From a virus: DNA of 64,000 nucleotides. A program made the position numbers and the translations under genes. Below the pieces are notes generated by a model. It was given only the letters and a program-made list of their open reading frames with translations. It had not been told where the DNA came from and searched no databases. Of this stretch, positions 60,131-64,000 are shown one piece after another (position 1 is the stretch's first letter; every line of letters starts with the position of its first letter). The DNA is taken from positions 1 through 64,000 of IMG/VR virus record IMGVR_UViG_3300026097_000015; one strand, 5' to 3'.

Positions 60131-60335
60131 CTATATCATCACTCAATTCTTCTCTTGCTGTTTCTTGGTTTGTCTTTGCGTAGTAGGCACTATCCGCTAT
60201 TTCCTGTAACCTGTTGTAGTTTATAGTTGGCTTATGCCTAGCTATATAAACTCCTACTTGGTCTAGGTCTAATCGCAAATCAGAAAGCATATCAGCCATT
60301 TTGCCTGCTACCTGTTCTTCTCTGCTTTTTCTCAT
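60090..60335 (-). CDS. Hypothetical protein
   Basis: GGAGG RBS; SDLRLDLDQVG.Y. Confidence 0.72.
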   Translation of the reverse strand: MRKSREEQVAGKMADMLSDLRLDLDQVGVYIARHKPTINYNRLQEIADSAYYAKTNQETAREELSDDIDERFRQYRTDDFQ

Positions 60336-60413
60336 ATACCTCCGTATTCTATTATCTCATAAAAAGGTGATGGGGGCAAGGGGAAAGTAGGAATACCCTC
60401 AACCCCACCAACT

Positions 60414-60845
60414 CTAATAGACCATTCTGGGGTCTAAATCTTCAATGTACTTGGGAAGCGTCTCTAGGAATTCTAGTATCCTAAGTGACAAACGGTCTTT
60501 ATAATTTGCCATGAACGTATCTAAATCAATAAAGCCATCTAGTCCAAAGTCAAGCCAACCGTCCATGCTTATTTGTTCTAACATACTGTGGTTCTTGGGG
60601 TCCTGTGTTTTCTTTGCCCAGTCAACTAGGCCAATTGCCTCAGCTTCCTTTGTAAGAAGAGTAATTGTATAATCAGTATCCATTATAGGAAGAGGTGACT
60701 GTTGCCATACACGTGCATTAATCATCCACAGGTCCTGGTCCCAGAATGTATCCTCACCATACCATTGCTCAGGACACCATACATTAAGGTCCCAGTCAAT
60801 CTTTGTTTTAGTTTTGTTCTTGTTACGAATCATTGTTGCTGTCAT
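60414..60845 (-). CDS. Hypothetical protein
   Basis: Start reassigned to ATG 60845 (GGAGG RBS, ATGA coupling). Confidence 0.7.
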   Translation of the reverse strand: MTATMIRNKNKTKTKIDWDLNVWCPEQWYGEDTFWDQDLWMINARVWQQSPLPIMDTDYTITLLTKEAEAIGLVDWAKKTQDPKNHSMLEQISMDGWLDFGLDGFIDLDTFMANYKDRLSLRILEFLETLPKYIEDLDPRMVY

Positions 60846-61033
60846 TTCTTTCCCTCCAAGGTAGGCTCTTCTTCTTCTGGTAGCCAGAAAACTTCTTCTG
60901 TCCATCCCCACTTCACTATGCCATCTATATATACAGCATCATATGCTTTGGCCTTAGCTTCTTCGGGGGAGTCTGCTTCAACCTCAGTCATCCCCCACTC
61001 AATACGTTTTACATATACTTCATATGTACTCAT
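60842..61033 (-). CDS. Small DpnD/PcfM-like hypothetical protein
   Basis: YEV.V.......VEADSPEEA..KA; AAGGAG RBS. Confidence 0.68.
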   Translation of the reverse strand: MSTYEVYVKRIEWGMTEVEADSPEEAKAKAYDAVYIDGIVKWGWTEEVFWLPEEEEPTLEGKK

Positions 61034-61184
61034 GATGTCTCCTTTGCATATTCAAGCAACAACCTGATGTGATGCACTATTTGTTCTGGGGATAGGTCTT
61101 CTCTCTCAATGTATTCGTATACACGGTCAAGCACCTCTCCATCTGTCGTTTCGCTATTCATTGTAAAAATATCTGCGTAATTCA

Positions 61185-61631
61185 TTATGCATTCTCCTCT
61201 GCATATAGTTTTGCTTCAGGGTCTTCTGGTGATACAGGTCGCAACCCATACCCCTCACAATCTGAACAGTCAGGGTCACCTTCGTCATTGCTTTCATCAA
61301 AGCAGTGGCACTCAATGTCTAATGACAATACCACAACCTCGCTAGAATCTTTCCACGGTATCTCACAGACATAGTAACCTAGTCTATCTACAATACCAAT
61401 ACCTGGAACCAATAGCAAGGACATCTCTCCCTGAACCATTGTCCAAACATAGTGGTTGTCTTTAGATAAGACATAGTCTAATTCTTCACCATAGGTTTCA
61501 AACATTAGTTCATTGCCTGTAACAAGGTGGTTCTCTTGTGGCTTGAACCGCTCTTCCCATTCGCTCTGAGTCATCTCATATGCATCTAGATTGATGACAT
61601 CGTCCATATCCCAATTGCCATTGTCATTCAT
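61185..61631 (-). CDS. Acidic hypothetical protein with a C-terminal CxxCxGxG motif
   Basis: MFETYGEE...VWT...G...V.RLGYY..E.PW; AGAAAGTAGG leader. Confidence 0.75.
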   Translation of the reverse strand: MNDNGNWDMDDVINLDAYEMTQSEWEERFKPQENHLVTGNELMFETYGEELDYVLSKDNHYVWTMVQGEMSLLLVPGIGIVDRLGYYVCEIPWKDSSEVVVLSLDIECHCFDESNDEGDPDCSDCEGYGLRPVSPEDPEAKLYAEENA

Positions 61632-61747
61632 TATTTACCTACTTTCTTCTTTACATACTTCACAATGATAGTTATCTGTTTGGGGGTAGTAGTCTAACAC
61701 TCTATCCTCCATACAGCAATCACAAACATCTAATATCATACCCACTC

Positions 61748-62278
61748 CTAGTGATGAAAGTCTACAGGAACAATGTACCAGTTGTCAACACCAGCCTCAA
61801 TGCTTTCACGAACAACTGAGGGGTAAGTTATCTCATTGATGATATCAAAGAAAAAACTGTGATAGTTCCAGCTAGCTCCTGCTATGTTTGCTAATTTAGT
61901 TAGGGGGTATAAAGCAATACTAGAATGGTAATCAGGATACAATCCTTCTTTATTATTCTCTATATTATCTAATATCTGAGGTAAGTCTATCTCCCTAGAT
62001 TGGTCTAATGCTCGTCCCAGCTCTGCTAAGTGATACTCATGAGCCTTGATTAGATACTCATGAAACTTGGGGTCGTCTTGATGTGCTACATCACCAACAT
62101 ACTTACTGTCGTAAGGCTTATCACTACTACTCCAGCGTCCACCACCTGTAACAAACCAGTCATACCATGTATTGATGATTTCACTGTCGCCCATTTGCAT
62201 ATTGAGAAATGCTTCAACATCTCCATGTGCCTCCTCTGCACTGTCAGCCTGTGTGGCTACATATTGAATTACGTGCAT
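61748..62278 (-). CDS. Hypothetical protein
   Basis: MHV...WYDWFV.GGGRW...VPVDFH; AGAAAGTAGG leader. Confidence 0.78.
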   Translation of the reverse strand: MHVIQYVATQADSAEEAHGDVEAFLNMQMGDSEIINTWYDWFVTGGGRWSSSDKPYDSKYVGDVAHQDDPKFHEYLIKAHEYHLAELGRALDQSREIDLPQILDNIENNKEGLYPDYHSSIALYPLTKLANIAGASWNYHSFFFDIINEITYPSVVRESIEAGVDNWYIVPVDFHH

Positions 62279-62318
62279 AGATTTCCTACTTTCTATTTGT
62301 TGTCAGCCTACCAGTTAT

Positions 62319-62663
62319 TTATACGTTTGTCAAGCTGTTTGCGTATTCTTCTACAAAATGCTCAAAGTCAAAAACGATACTGTGATATGTAACAGTATTA
62401 TTAGTGAAGTCAGCTGACAAGGTGTCATAGCTTTCTTCTCCAGCCTGATAGCTGGTTAGTCCAAAACCTGTTTCACTAGTCCACTCATTACCAATCAGCT
62501 GCGAGACTACGATACGGATTGCATAGGGAACATCTCCCCAACGTGGCTCTGCTTTTTGCAGGGCATATGCAAAGTCTCTAACCTTACTATCCCCACCCCA
62601 GTGTGAGTATAGCCATACGCTACCTTTTTCATCTTTCAATTCAAAATTAGTTCTTGCTCCCAT
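62319..62663 (-). CDS. Hypothetical protein
   Basis: MGAR.N......LYSHWGG...A.PRW.D..YA.RI. Confidence 0.78.
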   Translation of the reverse strand: MGARTNFELKDEKGSVWLYSHWGGDSKVRDFAYALQKAEPRWGDVPYAIRIVVSQLIGNEWTSETGFGLTSYQAGEESYDTLSADFTNNTVTYHSIVFDFEHFVEEYANSLTNV

Positions 62664-62675
62664 GATTCCTACTTT

Positions 62676-62858
62676 CTATTTGTCTTCTACATATCCTAGT
62701 GCAACTCCACAGGAATTGCAAGTCTCAGGGGTATAAAGTTCAACAGCTCCATACCATCCATTATAGTAATCAGAGTCCTTCGCACAAAAATCTGAACAAT
62801 AGTATTCATAGTCTAATACGTCACCCTGTTTATCTTCAATCAATGCTATATGAGCCAT
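62676..62858 (-). CDS. Small Cys-rich protein
   Basis: YCSDFC...CNSCG; AGAGG RBS. Confidence 0.65.
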   Translation of the reverse strand: MAHIALIEDKQGDVLDYEYYCSDFCAKDSDYYNGWYGAVELYTPETCNSCGVALGYVEDK

Positions 62859-63012
62859 ACCTCTACCTTTCTCTGATACTCAGAGCCTATCACATGGTAT
62901 GGACATTTACAAGTAGAAGTCCAGGATTTTCCAGGATTTTTCTTAATGCTTCGTAAATGTTTATTTATCTTTATATATATATGAATAAATTTGGGGTCGA
63001 TCCCAGAAAAAG

Positions 63013-63040
63013 AAAAAGGAGGCCGAAGCCTCCCCTTTCC
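63013..63040 (-). terminator. Intrinsic terminator (leftward)
   Basis: GGAGGC-cgaa-GCCTCC (UUCG loop on the minus strand) followed on the minus strand by TTTTCTTTTT. Confidence 0.7.
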
Positions 63041-63209
63041 CATCAACCAACCTTATTTATCCTTATACTTCTCATACTGCCTTTTACGCAATTCGTTTTG
63101 AATTTTGATATCCCTGAATGTTTCAGATGCCTTGGCAAATTGAGATGCCCCAATCGCAAACATTATCAAAGGTGCAAATATAAATAGCAATATAATTAGA
63201 AACTCCATA

Positions 63210-63431
63210 TTACGCCTCTACCCTATCCAAAATCTCAACTTCTAGGGTAGGTCTAATATCACTAACCATATAGTCAAGAATGTCATCAACAGCTTTGTCT
63301 AGGAAGTATTCTTCCAACATAGACCTAGTTAGTTCATGACCATTAGCTAATACAGTTTTGATATGCTCATCATCATCTATGTAGTATTCTAATGCTAGGT
63401 TTACCTTTGCTACCCTTTCGGTTCTAAACAT
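63210..63431 (-). CDS. Hypothetical protein
   Basis: Start reassigned to ATG 63431 (MFRTERV), overlapping the upstream stop by 8 nt. Confidence 0.55.
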   Translation of the reverse strand: MFRTERVAKVNLALEYYIDDDEHIKTVLANGHELTRSMLEEYFLDKAVDDILDYMVSDIRPTLEVEILDRVEA

Positions 63432-63774
63432 CTCCAAAAGATTCCTCCCTAATGTTGCTTGCGGTTTTGGTATCGCCATCAAGGATAGCTGATACATAGT
63501 CATATCTATTGTTTTCGTGCATATTTACAATATCATCCCATTGGTCAGCTGTCAAGTTATCAGGCTCAAATTGTCTGACATCCCCTTGACCATAGTCACC
63601 ATCAGCGGTAACCCAAGCATTGCTTTTGATAGCAACTTCTAGCAAATGTTCGTGAGCGTCTATGATACCCTCCAGATAATTCTCGTGAGAAGCGTCTGTT
63701 GTGTTATCAAGCTCATTCTTGAAATCTCTTAGTCTGTTGTTTATATATTGAATCATTTGTGTGCCTCTTTCCAT
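63424..63774 (-). CDS. Acidic hypothetical protein
   Basis: ORF track; YLEGII.A.EHLL and WVTADGDYG. Confidence 0.65.
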   Translation of the reverse strand: MERGTQMIQYINNRLRDFKNELDNTTDASHENYLEGIIDAHEHLLEVAIKSNAWVTADGDYGQGDVRQFEPDNLTADQWDDIVNMHENNRYDYVSAILDGDTKTASNIREESFGDV

Positions 63775-64000
63775 ACATCTGTCTTTTGGACTGCCTCTTC
63801 TCCAAATACCTCTGATAGCTCTCTCAGGGCATCTTGGAATCCGTGGAAGTATCCTCTGTCATATAGTTCTTCTAGTATTTCAAGCTTAGTCATCTTGCGT
63901 TCACTCCATATTTCTGTGTAAGCGTTGTCTTTATTTGTTCCATCCTACCAGTTAGCACGGACACTGAATGCATACTTAGGTCTTTGATACAACTTACATC

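Noticed and set aside
63424-63503. 80-nt overlap of two minus-strand ORFs (also 60845-60911)
   Set aside because: Downstream ATGs at 63431 and 60845 give ordinary short stop/start overlaps.

Overview
This window is a 64 kb, roughly 40% GC segment of a large long-tailed (siphovirus-like) dsDNA phage, probably virulent (no integrase or repressor is visible here). WhiB, class Ib nrdHIEF, ThyX, an r1t-type holin, a DnaE polymerase and many apparently leaderless genes point to an actinobacterial host. Layout: (1) 1-22 kb: end of the major capsid gene, head-tail joining genes, tail tube, two paralogous tail chaperones, a 3144-aa tape measure and minor tail genes. (2) 22-34 kb: replication and recombination (DnaB, primase, SSB, DnaE, RecA, nucleases, RuvC). 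(3) 34-40 kb: terminase and nrdIEF. (4) 40-43 kb: four tRNAs and a lysis cassette. (5) 43-58 kb: accessory genes (WhiB, Hsp20, ThyX, GroES, NrdH, two GT2 glycosyltransferases, NlpC/P60, an ATP-grasp-like protein, tRNA-CAT, a methyltransferase). (6) 58.3-59.5 kb: a 1.2 kb AT-rich non-coding region with repeats. (7) 59.5-64 kb: small leftward, early-type genes. The most interesting observations are: a DUF3626-like, possibly enzymatic cargo domain inside the tape measure, bracketed by repeated motifs (a candidate virion-injected effector cassette); small promoter-plus-terminator RNAs closed by 13-bp stems; a fixed-spacing GATTTY-N11-CGTAA repeat and intergenic cassette; and tail chaperones made by gene duplication rather than frameshifting. 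All family assignments come from recognising motifs by eye; no database search was run.
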